Shown here: positions 17,971 to 26,366 of the stretch, piece after piece
How the letters are laid out: the number at the start of each line of letters is the position of its first letter
Position numbering within the stretch: position 1 is the first letter of the stretch
IMG/VR virus record: IMGVR_UViG_3300035670_000255
Coordinates: 1 to 56,702 of that record
DNA from: a virus
Lineage: Duplodnaviria > Caudoviricetes
Length of the DNA: 56,702 nucleotides
Strand: one strand, 5' to 3'
Made by a program: the position numbers and the translations under genes
The notes under the pieces: generated by a model
The model's input: only the letters and a program-made list of their open reading frames with translations
Told to the model about the DNA's origin: nothing
Databases searched by the model: none

Positions 17971-18219
17971 ATGAAAGAAGTTAAACGCACCTACCAATTC
18001 GAACGCGAATACACCCACGGACTAACAGGCTACCCAGCAACTGTCACCTGCGAGGTTGACATTGACTACGCCAAGAAGCAATGGGCTATCAACAACCTAA
18101 CAGCGCACCTGTTTACAGGTAGCGGATGGTCTTCTAACCTACCGAAGATTAAGGCTACGCTGGAGATGCACCTACAAGTTATTGACTTTGCAATGAGCGA
18201 ACTCGATGACAATCAATAA
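17971..18219 (+). CDS. Hypothetical protein
   Basis: Probable start MKEVKR at 17971; the ORF-track upstream extension overlaps the previous gene. Confidence 0.6.
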   Translation: MKEVKRTYQFEREYTHGLTGYPATVTCEVDIDYAKKQWAINNLTAHLFTGSGWSSNLPKIKATLEMHLQVIDFAMSELDDNQ

Positions 18220-18332
18220 GTTAATCAATAATGTTCTAATCAATCTTAGTGTCAAGCCCACCAAACGGATACGGGTGTCTAAACATATGTATCTACTTGT
18301 CTATAAAAATCAAAAAACAAAAATTGTACTCA

Positions 18333-18788
18333 ATGACTAATATTGTTCATTATTTTCTCTACCTGCTCAAGCGGGGGATGTTTACTATCATCACTCTTCT
18401 TTCTCCATTCAAACGCAAAGAAATCATCCGCGTTCAGTTCGAGCGCGACCGAGATGGGTTTTGGTACGTTGTCCTTCCCTCGTGGGTTGGCCCAAAGGCA
18501 AACCTTCTAATGGTTGGTGGAACAGAAAATATCCTCGACGGAATCCTCAAAGACGAGCGTCGCTTCGGCAACAAACACGCCCACGTTGTGACTATTGAGG
18601 TTACCACTAAGTTTAATGCATTGGCAGGTGCTCACGCACTGTTCCTTACTGAAAAGTGCCAGTACGATGGTGCCTACTACCTACACAGCCGTAGCAAGAA
18701 GCGCGTGTGGTTCTGCGATGTACTCAAGTATGTGATGGGTGAATTCCCTGAGGTTATGTACTACCGCCACGTAATTGGTGCTATTTAA
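18333..18788 (+). CDS. DUF6717-like hypothetical protein
   Basis: WYVVLPSWVG.KANL.MV.G...LD...W.C.V..YV.G.FPE.MY pattern. Confidence 0.55.
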   Translation: MTNIVHYFLYLLKRGMFTIITLLSPFKRKEIIRVQFERDRDGFWYVVLPSWVGPKANLLMVGGTENILDGILKDERRFGNKHAHVVTIEVTTKFNALAGAHALFLTEKCQYDGAYYLHSRSKKRVWFCDVLKYVMGEFPEVMYYRHVIGAI

Positions 18789-18948
18789 AATACACATTTT
18801 TAGTCAGCAGATTGACTAAAATTGGGTAGACATTGTCATTTCTCACGTCTAACTTCGCCCTGTTGCACTCGCAATGCCGTTGCGCAGGGGGCCACAAACC
18901 CCCCAGCAAAACGGCTCAGGTGGTCTCGGGCGTACTATTTTCTTTTTT

Positions 18949-19107
18949 ATGTCACATATTACTTATAGTTCCGATACTTGGAATCAATTGTTAACCTTTA
19001 AAAATCAGCAAGTTGAAGCCCTGCAACGGCAGGTGTTAGAACTTCAATCTAAATTAAATTCTTATGAACAATCCACTATCCACGCTTCCAATAGCAAAAA
19101 GCGCTAA
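18949..19107 (+). CDS. Small coiled-coil protein
   Basis: Probable start MSHITY. Confidence 0.5.
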   Translation: MSHITYSSDTWNQLLTFKNQQVEALQRQVLELQSKLNSYEQSTIHASNSKKR

Positions 19108-19312
19108 GGCGGAAATTGCTGTTCTCCCTCACGATATGGACTACAGCGTTGGTATGAAGCGCATCGACTACGTTCTTGAGCGTGGTGAGCGTATTGGCGT
19201 GATTGACAATGCTGTTGTCTACGCTACAAAGAGGTATAGCCTTGCGCTATTCGATGAGAATGCTTTTCTCTACGACAAGTACAACTTAGTCCTACATAGC
19301 ATCACTCTGTAA
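19064..19312 (+). CDS. Hypothetical protein
   Basis: TAATG coupling to the next gene. Confidence 0.6.
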   Translation: MNNPLSTLPIAKSAKAEIAVLPHDMDYSVGMKRIDYVLERGERIGVIDNAVVYATKRYSLALFDENAFLYDKYNLVLHSITL

Positions 19313-19857
19313 TGCTGTTTACTTATGATAAGAATGCTGTCCTGTACCGCAAGGTTCGGTATGGGCGGCTTCTTCTCTTCCTCAGTGGTTGGACAGCCCT
19401 AACAATGTTGTCTACGTTTGTATTGAGGTATGAGGAGGATTTGTATGAGCGCATCGTAAACGTCTACCTACACGAGCCACAGTTCTCTGAGGAACGGCTT
19501 ATCGCCAAACTCAAGCAACTCAATGTTCGGTATCCGCATATTGCTCTTGCTCAGGCACGTATCGAGTCTGGAAATTATCGTTCTACGATTTTTTTAGAGA
19601 ACAATAATCTGTTTGGTATGAAACAGGCTAAGTCTCGGATTAACTTAGCCGCAGGAACAAAACGTGGTCACGCTTACTATGAGAAGTGGGAGGACAGCGT
19701 TCTTGACTACGCCTACTGGTGTGCTACGTATGCCAACAAGTGTAGGAACGAGGATGACTTCTATAACCTTCTGTCTACTTATGCGGAGGCTAACTACTAC
19801 GAGAGTGCCCTACGTAAGACTATTGAAGTTAACGACCTTAAATCTAAATTCAAATGA
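19312..19857 (+). CDS. Membrane-anchored glucosaminidase-like (GH73) peptidoglycan hydrolase
   Basis: N-terminal TM; AQARIESG...NNLFGMK...W.DSV.DY...YAEANYY. Confidence 0.8.
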   Translation: MLFTYDKNAVLYRKVRYGRLLLFLSGWTALTMLSTFVLRYEEDLYERIVNVYLHEPQFSEERLIAKLKQLNVRYPHIALAQARIESGNYRSTIFLENNNLFGMKQAKSRINLAAGTKRGHAYYEKWEDSVLDYAYWCATYANKCRNEDDFYNLLSTYAEANYYESALRKTIEVNDLKSKFK

Positions 19858-19988
19858 AACAGCGTGACCAGTTTATGCGAATAGCGATGGCTCGTTTAAA
19901 AAGCGACTATCCGTTCTACCCTCAACGACTTGCCTACGCCGCGAGTATGTGGCGCAGGTACTACGAGAAGAACTATGGTAAGAAATGA
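19854..19988 (+). CDS. 44-aa basic protein (not in ORF track)
   Basis: MKQRDQFMRIAMARLKSDYPFYPQRLAYAASMWRRYYEKNYGKK; ATGA overlap. Confidence 0.6.
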   Translation: MKQRDQFMRIAMARLKSDYPFYPQRLAYAASMWRRYYEKNYGKK

Positions 19989-20169
19989 AGACCCAGTGGA
20001 GGACAGAGAGAATCTGTTACTCCTATTCGCTGGAGATACCGCACGACTTCTAACTGAGAATGTTCAGAAGAAGTACACTCCTAAGGAGTTGATTAAAAAA
20101 TGGAATGCTGTCTGCGCTCCATATAACGATATAGTAGTAACAGAATTTAAAGCATTTAAACCAAGATGA
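19975..20169 (+). CDS. Hypothetical protein
   Basis: Probable start MVRNED; ATGA coupling to the next gene. Confidence 0.5.
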   Translation: MVRNEDPVEDRENLLLLFAGDTARLLTENVQKKYTPKELIKKWNAVCAPYNDIVVTEFKAFKPR

Positions 20170-20528
20170 TTAACGACTTCGTAACCTTCCGACAAGCGGA
20201 TGAACTCTATAAACTCGGCTTCAACTACCGATGCTTTGCGAGTTATAGCCCAAAGAGTAAGACAATATCTATCGCAATGGATGGGCACGAAGACAGAATC
20301 CCTGCTCCTACGTATGCGTATGCGTTTGACTGGAGCCGAGACAATGGCTTGTTTCCAGATATAGATACATTCTTCAACGGAGATATGATGTACGGCTTTA
20401 GCATTATGCAATTCGATGACGAAGGCAATATGCAAAAGGACTCCACGCTATGCCAGTACGTATCCTACAGGGAAGCGCAGAGTGAATGCCTTGACAAGAT
20501 TATAGAAATGTTTAAACAGATAAAATGA
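20166..20528 (+). CDS. Hypothetical phage protein
   Basis: L.KLGF...APT...AFDW.R...SY.EA...CL pattern; ATGA couplings. Confidence 0.7.
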   Translation: MINDFVTFRQADELYKLGFNYRCFASYSPKSKTISIAMDGHEDRIPAPTYAYAFDWSRDNGLFPDIDTFFNGDMMYGFSIMQFDDEGNMQKDSTLCQYVSYREAQSECLDKIIEMFKQIK

Positions 20529-20815
20529 AATCAGATATTCAAACACAAGCACTTGCTGTTAAGAGTATCATCGCTTCTCAATTACTCGTTGAGTCGTTAG
20601 ATGAACTCGAAACTAATGGCATCTACAAAAGAGACCTTAAGTTCTACGGAAAGAAAATGTCAAAGGCACTCGAAGACTATCTGAATTCTGTGTATAAACA
20701 TATTAACGACGACAAGGAAGACGAGGAGACGTTTATGTATATAGAGCGTGCTGTTCGTGATGTAATGGACAAGACACTTAGAGAACTTTTCATTGATGGC
20801 GGAGGAAAAGAATAA
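20525..20815 (+). CDS. Hypothetical protein
   Basis: Packed ORF. Confidence 0.65.
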   Translation: MKSDIQTQALAVKSIIASQLLVESLDELETNGIYKRDLKFYGKKMSKALEDYLNSVYKHINDDKEDEETFMYIERAVRDVMDKTLRELFIDGGGKE

Positions 20816-21035
20816 CTACGACTTCATCAACCCATCCCACTACAAGCAAGGTAGTAAGCAGGTGTGGGAGATGATGATTGACATATGGGGAGTTGATGCA
20901 TTCATCACCCACTGCGAGATGACAGCATTCAAATACCGAATGCGAATGGGTCTAAAGCCAGACCAGCCAATCGAGCAAGACCTCGAGAAAGCACGATGGT
21001 ATGAGGCGATGGCCAGTAAACTTAAACAGCAATGA
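20793..21035 (+). CDS. DUF3310 / SaV-like (T7 gp1.7-related) protein
   Basis: INPSHYKQG...AFKY..R.G.K...QDLEKARWY. Confidence 0.8.
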   Translation: MMAEEKNNYDFINPSHYKQGSKQVWEMMIDIWGVDAFITHCEMTAFKYRMRMGLKPDQPIEQDLEKARWYEAMASKLKQQ

Positions 21036-21229
21036 TAACACAATTCTTTACGATGCTCCCCAATGGAGAGGCAAGCAATCAAATGCTTGACGTAGAATCC
21101 TTTGAGGAGTTCATCAAACTATGCGATGGGTTTCAATCAAGATGGGAAACAAACGCAATAGACCTATACGTAGGCGATATGCTCGATGAGCCGCTTGTCG
21201 TATTTCGCAAAGAAGAAGATGGCTTCTAA
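21032..21229 (+). CDS. Hypothetical protein
   Basis: ATGA coupling. Confidence 0.6.
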   Translation: MITQFFTMLPNGEASNQMLDVESFEEFIKLCDGFQSRWETNAIDLYVGDMLDEPLVVFRKEEDGF

Positions 21230-21253
21230 TTTGTATTCAACAGAATTATTAAC

Positions 21254-21261
21254 TATATTTG
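21254..21261 (+). promoter_or_regulatory. -7 box (TATATTTG) for the recombination operon
   Basis: Consensus match; TTTG about 20 nt upstream. Confidence 0.7.
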
Positions 21262-21286
21262 TGGACAACTTTAATCTAATTTAACT

Positions 21287-21904
21287 ATGGCAACTGCTAA
21301 ACCTGCTGCTAACGAGCAGCTTACGCTCGAGCAACGCTTAATCGCTATTCAATACGAACTCAAGGCCCCTAAGTCTCAGTTCAACTCATTCGGTAAGTAC
21401 GCCTACCGAAATCAAGAGGACATCCTCGAGGCACTCAAACCTTTGCTGTCCAAGTACCAATTGGCAATGACTATCTCTGACACCATCAAGGAGGTATTCG
21501 GCCTCGTGTACGTAGAGGCAAGTGTTAATGTATCTTTTAACGGAGAGACTCGTGTATCTACAGCACAGGCTGGAATTGACCCCAATCGCAAGGGTATGGA
21601 CATCGCTCAGTCGTTTGGCTCTTCATCGTCCTACGCTCGTAAATATGCGCTCAACGCAATGTTCCTCATTGACGACACCAAAGATGCTGACGCTACGAAC
21701 AACCACGCCAAGGACAGCGCGCCACGCACACCACGTGTAGCCGCACCTGCTCCAGCGCCTGCTGAGTCTGACCTGTTCCAACGTGCTACTGCATCTATGA
21801 AGGAGCACGGAACTAAAGAGCAATACGACAAAATCATTGCATCTGCTGGAGATAAGTTCAACGACTCTCAGAAACTTGCCCTTTCTAAACTCATCAAGCA
21901 GTGA
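21287..21904 (+). CDS. erf: ERF-family single-strand annealing protein
   Basis: LKAPKSQFNSFGKY.YR..EDILEA.KP...GSSSSYARKYALNAMFLIDDTKDAD. Confidence 0.92.
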   Translation: MATAKPAANEQLTLEQRLIAIQYELKAPKSQFNSFGKYAYRNQEDILEALKPLLSKYQLAMTISDTIKEVFGLVYVEASVNVSFNGETRVSTAQAGIDPNRKGMDIAQSFGSSSSYARKYALNAMFLIDDTKDADATNNHAKDSAPRTPRVAAPAPAPAESDLFQRATASMKEHGTKEQYDKIIASAGDKFNDSQKLALSKLIKQ

Positions 21905-22698
21905 GCGAAGAAATAATTCTGTTGGATGGCACATCGTGGTATAGGCCTACGCTTATCGAAGCGATGCGTGACGACGACTTCTACTATGGTTACTTGGGGA
22001 GGGCAGCGATGTCCTCCTCTAACCTGAAGAAGATTAACGACTCTCCAAAGGAGTACGAAAGGTATCTAAAGTACGGAGAAGACGGAGACACCACAGCGCT
22101 GGTTATGGGTAATCTAATCCATACGCTTGTCCTTGAGCCGCACCTACAGGAGCGATTCGTCGCTGTTGAGTGCGGGACAAAGACAGCAAACATCTGGAAG
22201 GATGCCGTAGAACACTACGAAGGCTCAGGAAAGAAGTTGCTCCTACGTAAGGACTATGACAACTGCTACTACGTGGCTGATGCGCTTAGAAAGAACAGCG
22301 TAGTTAAAGATGCCCTTCGTGATGCTGAGTATGAGTTGCCTTCAATCGGTATGCTTTACGGTATTCCATTCAGAGGCAAGGCCGACATCAAGAAGAACGA
22401 CGCGCCTGTTATCTACGACCTTAAGACAACTTCAAGTCTGTCTGACTTCAGGTACAGCGCTGTTCGTTATTCCTATGCGGCCCAAGCCTACATCTACTGC
22501 ACGTTGTTTGACGTTCAGTTTGAGAACTTTAAGTTTATTGTTGTAGACAAGGGTAGCAAAGACATTGGAATCTTTTCGGTAAGCGAAGAGTTCTTTGAGA
22601 AGGGTCGTCTATTGGTAGAGCGTGGTGTTGAAACATACATCAAGTTCTTTATTGACGGAGAAGACTTGGAAAACTATGTTGTCTACGGAGAATTATAA
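21901..22698 (+). CDS. PD-(D/E)XK exonuclease (RecE/DUF3799-like)
   Basis: MSSSNLK...G..IH..VLEP...RGKAD...DLKTT...Y..QAY.Y; next to ERF. Confidence 0.85.
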   Translation: MSEEIILLDGTSWYRPTLIEAMRDDDFYYGYLGRAAMSSSNLKKINDSPKEYERYLKYGEDGDTTALVMGNLIHTLVLEPHLQERFVAVECGTKTANIWKDAVEHYEGSGKKLLLRKDYDNCYYVADALRKNSVVKDALRDAEYELPSIGMLYGIPFRGKADIKKNDAPVIYDLKTTSSLSDFRYSAVRYSYAAQAYIYCTLFDVQFENFKFIVVDKGSKDIGIFSVSEEFFEKGRLLVERGVETYIKFFIDGEDLENYVVYGEL

Positions 22699-22708
22699 AT
22701 GAATAATT

Positions 22709-22936
22709 ATGAAGGCTGTTCTTGAATTTGATATGACAAACCCATCCGACAAGGATACGTTTGTGAATTGCTACAAGGGCGACGTTTATGCTGAGGCTAT
22801 TGCTCTTTTTGGGCAGTGGCTTACGGTAGAGATGAAACACAGCGAGGACCGATACAGCGAAGAGCAATACGCTACACTTAAGTTAGTTAGCGATAAGTTC
22901 TTCAATGAGGTTCAGTCTGTTGTAGAGCGCGAGTAA
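22709..22936 (+). CDS. Hypothetical protein
   Basis: MKAVLEFD-type small phage protein. Confidence 0.65.
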   Translation: MKAVLEFDMTNPSDKDTFVNCYKGDVYAEAIALFGQWLTVEMKHSEDRYSEEQYATLKLVSDKFFNEVQSVVERE

Positions 22937-23316
22937 TGGACTACAATAGCGACTTCAGGTTTGACTTGGAGTTGGGACAGCAAGGTGAGACTACCTTCGG
23001 CGCTATATTCTCTGGCACCAAGATAGAAGTTAAAACAGACTTTGCGGCCCACATTACTGGTAATTTCTTTATTGAGTATGAGTCACGTGACAAGCCTTCT
23101 GGTCTTGCTACTACTCACGCCGTGTATTGGTGCTTGATTGCCACCAAGACTTCGGAACGTGTTCTTAAGGACAACGTGCTATTTATGGCTGTCCTTCCTA
23201 CTGATAGGTTGAAGGAGTTATGTCGTGAGATATTTGCAGAGAGAGGATACGTGCTTGGAGGGGACAGCAATACATCTAAGGGCGTATTGCTCCCTGTAAG
23301 CAAAGTATTCTTATGA
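22936..23316 (+). CDS. Small PD-(D/E)XK-type nuclease-like protein
   Basis: DLELGQQGE...IEVKTD...TGNFFIEYESRDKPSGL..T.A.YW...GGDSNTSKG. Confidence 0.65.
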   Translation: MDYNSDFRFDLELGQQGETTFGAIFSGTKIEVKTDFAAHITGNFFIEYESRDKPSGLATTHAVYWCLIATKTSERVLKDNVLFMAVLPTDRLKELCREIFAERGYVLGGDSNTSKGVLLPVSKVFL

Positions 23317-23495
23317 GTTCACTAACGGTAAACAAGATGAAAGACAAACCAACACCTTGCTCGAACCACGAGCGTGACAACGAAGAAGAGGAGCGCAAAG
23401 CCGAGGAGCGTATGATGATTATTATACGTAATGGCAACGAGGGAACGCATTACCCTGAGTATGGAGATTATTTAGATGACACTGACGACGAATGA
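23313..23495 (+). CDS. Hypothetical protein
   Basis: IIIRNGNEGTHY motif; ATGA couplings. Confidence 0.6.
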   Translation: MSSLTVNKMKDKPTPCSNHERDNEEEERKAEERMMIIIRNGNEGTHYPEYGDYLDDTDDE

Positions 23496-23710
23496 AAATC
23501 GAGTTAACAATGGCCGAGCTATTGCAAATCATTGATATGATTAAGAACGGCACAGAGCAAGACAACGAGGGTGATGACTTCTACCTGATGCAGGACTTCC
23601 TTGATGGACCTGATACCAAACTAAAGTGTATTGACTGCGGCTCTACGGATGACATTATGTTTTCGACAAAAGACTTCAGTCCTTACTGCAAAAAATGTTT
23701 ATTCAAATGA
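23492..23710 (+). CDS. Small zinc-finger protein
   Basis: CIDC...CKKC. Confidence 0.6.
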   Translation: MKIELTMAELLQIIDMIKNGTEQDNEGDDFYLMQDFLDGPDTKLKCIDCGSTDDIMFSTKDFSPYCKKCLFK

Positions 23711-23889
23711 ACAAGCACCAAATAGATGAAGCCTTGAATGAGGCATACAAGAAAGGTTGGGATGATGCCTTCTTAATCCTACGCTATCACAACAGTATGG
23801 TGCAGGGTCTGATTGATGATGATGCAGATTCGCATCATCCACGCATCAAAAGCAAGATAAAGGAAGTTAAAACCACCAAAGAGAAATGA
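23695..23889 (+). CDS. Hypothetical protein
   Basis: EAYKKGWDDA motif. Confidence 0.55.
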   Translation: MFIQMNKHQIDEALNEAYKKGWDDAFLILRYHNSMVQGLIDDDADSHHPRIKSKIKEVKTTKEK

Positions 23890-23904
23890 AACTTCAACCT
23901 ATAG

Positions 23905-23964
23905 GTATACCCTATCGTGTATAAATTATACCTAAAACTATATATGTATACCCTATCGTGTATA
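23905..23964. repeat. 19-bp direct repeat GTATACCCTATCGTGTATA x2
   Basis: Exact copies at 23905-23923 and 23946-23964. Confidence 0.85.
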
Positions 23965-24044
23965 GTTTTTGGAAAATATATCGCATATCGCAATACAAGA
24001 TAATGTAACCTAATTCGGATAATCTCCGAGTAACATTGCAAAAT

Positions 24045-24341
24045 ATGGCAAAGAGACTAACGAAAGAGGAGAAGTGGCGCAAGGCAAGTGAAGACCTCAT
24101 CAACAAGATGTTTGAGATTGCTGGCCACAACGTAACCTTTGACGACATCAAAGACCGCAAGGACGACTGGTACACCGACTGGACTATGACCGTTGCTCAG
24201 GCCGAGCAGTGGAAGGAGTGGGGGATGGAGTACTTGCAGAAGAATATGAAGTTCACCAAGCACTACGCTGAGCTTGAGATGAGAATGTTTAATGTAATGT
24301 ATGGTCTCAAGTACAGCGACTGGCAAGATGGAACAAATTAA
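24045..24341 (+). CDS. Hypothetical protein
   Basis: Probable start MAKRLT. Confidence 0.7.
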   Translation: MAKRLTKEEKWRKASEDLINKMFEIAGHNVTFDDIKDRKDDWYTDWTMTVAQAEQWKEWGMEYLQKNMKFTKHYAELEMRMFNVMYGLKYSDWQDGTN

Positions 24342-24483
24342 AAAGAAAGATTTATTGCTCGACCAATACAGGAAGGCGCAATACAACCGCAACGTATGTT
24401 TGTACAGCCGTAGAGATACTGAGGCTAAGTACTGGGAAGGCTACGTTAATGCACTTAGTTTAATTTTAGAAACACAACAATAA
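24328..24483 (+). CDS. Hypothetical protein
   Basis: Probable start MEQIKK; TAATG coupling to MazG. Confidence 0.55.
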   Translation: MEQIKKKDLLLDQYRKAQYNRNVCLYSRRDTEAKYWEGYVNALSLILETQQ

Positions 24484-24785
24484 TGGACGCAATCTTAGAT
24501 TTAGAGATGAAAGTCATTGACTGGGCTATCGAACGTGGCCTTGTCGAACGCGAGAACGCCAACAAGCAAATGCTCAAGGTAATGGAAGAAGTAGGAGAAC
24601 TCGCTTCAGCCATCGCAAAGAACAAAGAAGAAGAGACCATTGACGCTATCGGAGATGTCCTCGTTACGCTGATTATTCTGTCCGCCCAACTGGAACTCAA
24701 CCCTTGGGACTGCTTAGAAACAGCCTACAACGAAATCAAAGGACGTAAGGGTAAGCTCGTTAACGGAGTATTCATCAAAGAATAA
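24483..24785 (+). CDS. mazG: MazG-like nucleotide pyrophosphohydrolase
   Basis: KVMEEVGELA...DAIGD.LVTLII...CLETAYNEIKGRKG. Confidence 0.9.
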   Translation: MDAILDLEMKVIDWAIERGLVERENANKQMLKVMEEVGELASAIAKNKEEETIDAIGDVLVTLIILSAQLELNPWDCLETAYNEIKGRKGKLVNGVFIKE

Positions 24786-24850
24786 GAGGGGGAAGTCGTT
24801 GACGTGTAATGCGTTGGCGCAAACAAGGGTGTTTAGCCCCCTCTTTTTTT
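24785..24850 (+). terminator. Branched intrinsic terminator-like structure
   Basis: AGAGGGGG...CCCCCTCT closing stem followed by T7. Confidence 0.6.
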
Positions 24851-24882
24851 CGAATACCCTTGCTATTAACATCGTTATTAAC

Positions 24883-24890
24883 TAAATTTG
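24883..24890 (+). promoter_or_regulatory. -7 box (TAAATTTG) for the SSB/replication operon
   Basis: Consensus match with TTG about 20 nt upstream. Confidence 0.65.
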
Positions 24891-24906
24891 TTGAAAATTC
24901 ATAACA

Positions 24907-25227
24907 ATGGAAAACAAAACAGACAAAATCTTCTGCGGCTACGTTAAGTCGGTGAAGTTGTGGGACGAAGGCCAACGTACATTCGTTGAACCACGTGAAG
25001 GAGTATCAATGCGATTCTCGCTTTCAGTTGCTGAGATGAACGACCTCCAGCGCTACGCTACCAAAGGTGAGAAGCCATTCGTTTCTTTCGACCTTAAGCG
25101 CAGCGCAAAGGGCTCATACTACATTGAAGTATCTGACCCTTCAACTTGGTCAAAGGGACCTCAATCAGGAGGCACAGCTCCAGTGGCACCACAAGCACCT
25201 GTTGCTGGTGATGACCTTCCCTTCTGA
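24907..25227 (+). CDS. Putative single-stranded DNA-binding protein
   Basis: OB-fold-sized domain, flexible linker, C-terminal DDLPF. Confidence 0.75.
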   Translation: MENKTDKIFCGYVKSVKLWDEGQRTFVEPREGVSMRFSLSVAEMNDLQRYATKGEKPFVSFDLKRSAKGSYYIEVSDPSTWSKGPQSGGTAPVAPQAPVAGDDLPF

Positions 25228-25609
25228 GCTCCTTGAGTCCTCATTAGTATACCTCGTAGGCTTTGAATGGGGGATGGATATCCTCAAGATTGAATATCCC
25301 CTATTCTACGCCTCTACTCCTTCTAAGAAATTACATTGGTTTGAGGTAGTGAAAGCTACTTCTTCCGATGGTGTCGTGACTCTTGATAAGATGTCGGACA
25401 AGGAATACTCTGTCATATACTTTCAAACTAAGCGAAAGGGAGACAACGTACTACTTGTTCAAACATCTAAACTGAAGCCTACGCTTACAGGTTTTGAGTT
25501 AGCCGACTTGATTATGAGAAGGGCAGAGATTCACGTCGAAGAAATCATCGAACAAGGAATCTACAAGGAACTCGAGGCCAAGAAAAACAAAGCCCCTGTA
25601 GCTCAATAG
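25211..25609 (+). CDS. Hypothetical protein
   Basis: Probable start MTFPSE overlapping the SSB end; stop lies inside the tRNA. Confidence 0.6.
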   Translation: MTFPSELLESSLVYLVGFEWGMDILKIEYPLFYASTPSKKLHWFEVVKATSSDGVVTLDKMSDKEYSVIYFQTKRKGDNVLLVQTSKLKPTLTGFELADLIMRRAEIHVEEIIEQGIYKELEAKKNKAPVAQ

Positions 25610-25665
25610 GACAGAGCATCTCACTTCTAATGAGACGGTTACACGTTCGAGTCGTGTCAGGGGTG
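25592..25665 (+). tRNA. tRNA-Arg (anticodon TCT)
   Basis: Cloverleaf: GCCCCTG/CAGGGGT acceptor, GCTC/GAGC D-arm, TCTCA-CTTCTAA-TGAGA anticodon arm, ACACG-TTCGAGT-CGTGT T-arm; CCA not encoded. Confidence 0.92.
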
Positions 25666-25667
25666 CT

Positions 25668-25745
25668 ATGGATACGTTAATTCTATCCCTTTTATTTATA
25701 GTGATGGCAATCATCGCCATCAAAACAACACCTAAAAACAAATGA
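25668..25745 (+). CDS. 25-aa hydrophobic peptide (not in ORF track)
   Basis: MDTLILSLLFIVMAIIAIKTTPKNK; ATGA overlap with the next gene. Confidence 0.4.
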   Translation: MDTLILSLLFIVMAIIAIKTTPKNK

Positions 25746-26212
25746 ACCTTCAATATTCTGCATCAAGAATACAGACATTCGGACTTGCTGTCTCCGAACA
25801 CTTCCACGCAAACATCTTCTCAAGAACAAGAAAGGGATTGGTTGTAAACCTAAGGAAGGCATCATACTATGTGTTGCGCAGAAGAGGAATAACATACTCT
25901 ACGATGGCTTCGATATTCAATAAGAACCACGCAAGCGTAATGCACGGAACCACAAGTTGTTCCAACCTCCTCGATGTTAATGACCAAGAGATGCGTAAGT
26001 ATGTGGACATCATTGAGCTCATTGCCAACGAGGTGTTCCAAGAGACTGAGGTTGATGATATGCGACCAGAGATGCGGATGAATATCTACAAACTCAAAAT
26101 CGCTGACTTTATTGAGGCGCACGACAGCCTATTGCCATCGTTGAATGCAAGTGAGCGAAAGATGATGTCACGAAAGATATTCAATGAAGTACACAAAGAG
26201 TTCTATGAGTAA
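25742..26212 (+). CDS. DnaA C-terminal-like HTH DNA-binding protein
   Basis: SRTRK..VV..R....Y.LR..G.TY..MA..F.KNHASVMHG resembles DnaA domain IV. Confidence 0.7.
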   Translation: MNLQYSASRIQTFGLAVSEHFHANIFSRTRKGLVVNLRKASYYVLRRRGITYSTMASIFNKNHASVMHGTTSCSNLLDVNDQEMRKYVDIIELIANEVFQETEVDDMRPEMRMNIYKLKIADFIEAHDSLLPSLNASERKMMSRKIFNEVHKEFYE

Positions 26213-26366
26213 GCAATTAGTTACCCCCACAATCAAGGCGCTGTCCTTAATTCGTATGCACGGCAAAGACGATGCCCTTAAGCACGCCACCCAGTGTATG
26301 TATATGGCCAACGATAAGGCCTACGAGTATTGGAAGAATGTTGTCTCGATAATTGAATCAGAATGA
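26205..26366 (+). CDS. Hypothetical protein
   Basis: Probable start MSKQLV; ATGA coupling to the primase. Confidence 0.55.
   Translation: MSKQLVTPTIKALSLIRMHGKDDALKHATQCMYMANDKAYEYWKNVVSIIESE

Noticed and set aside
25067-25210. ORF-track N-terminal extensions (25067, 17758, 30282, 11172, 50236, 3955)
   Set aside because: They overlap upstream genes, promoters or terminators; downstream ATGs with coupling or family-typical N-termini fit better
25592-25665. tRNA as attP or prophage boundary
   Set aside because: No integrase, no duplicated tRNA 3' end and no host genes in the window
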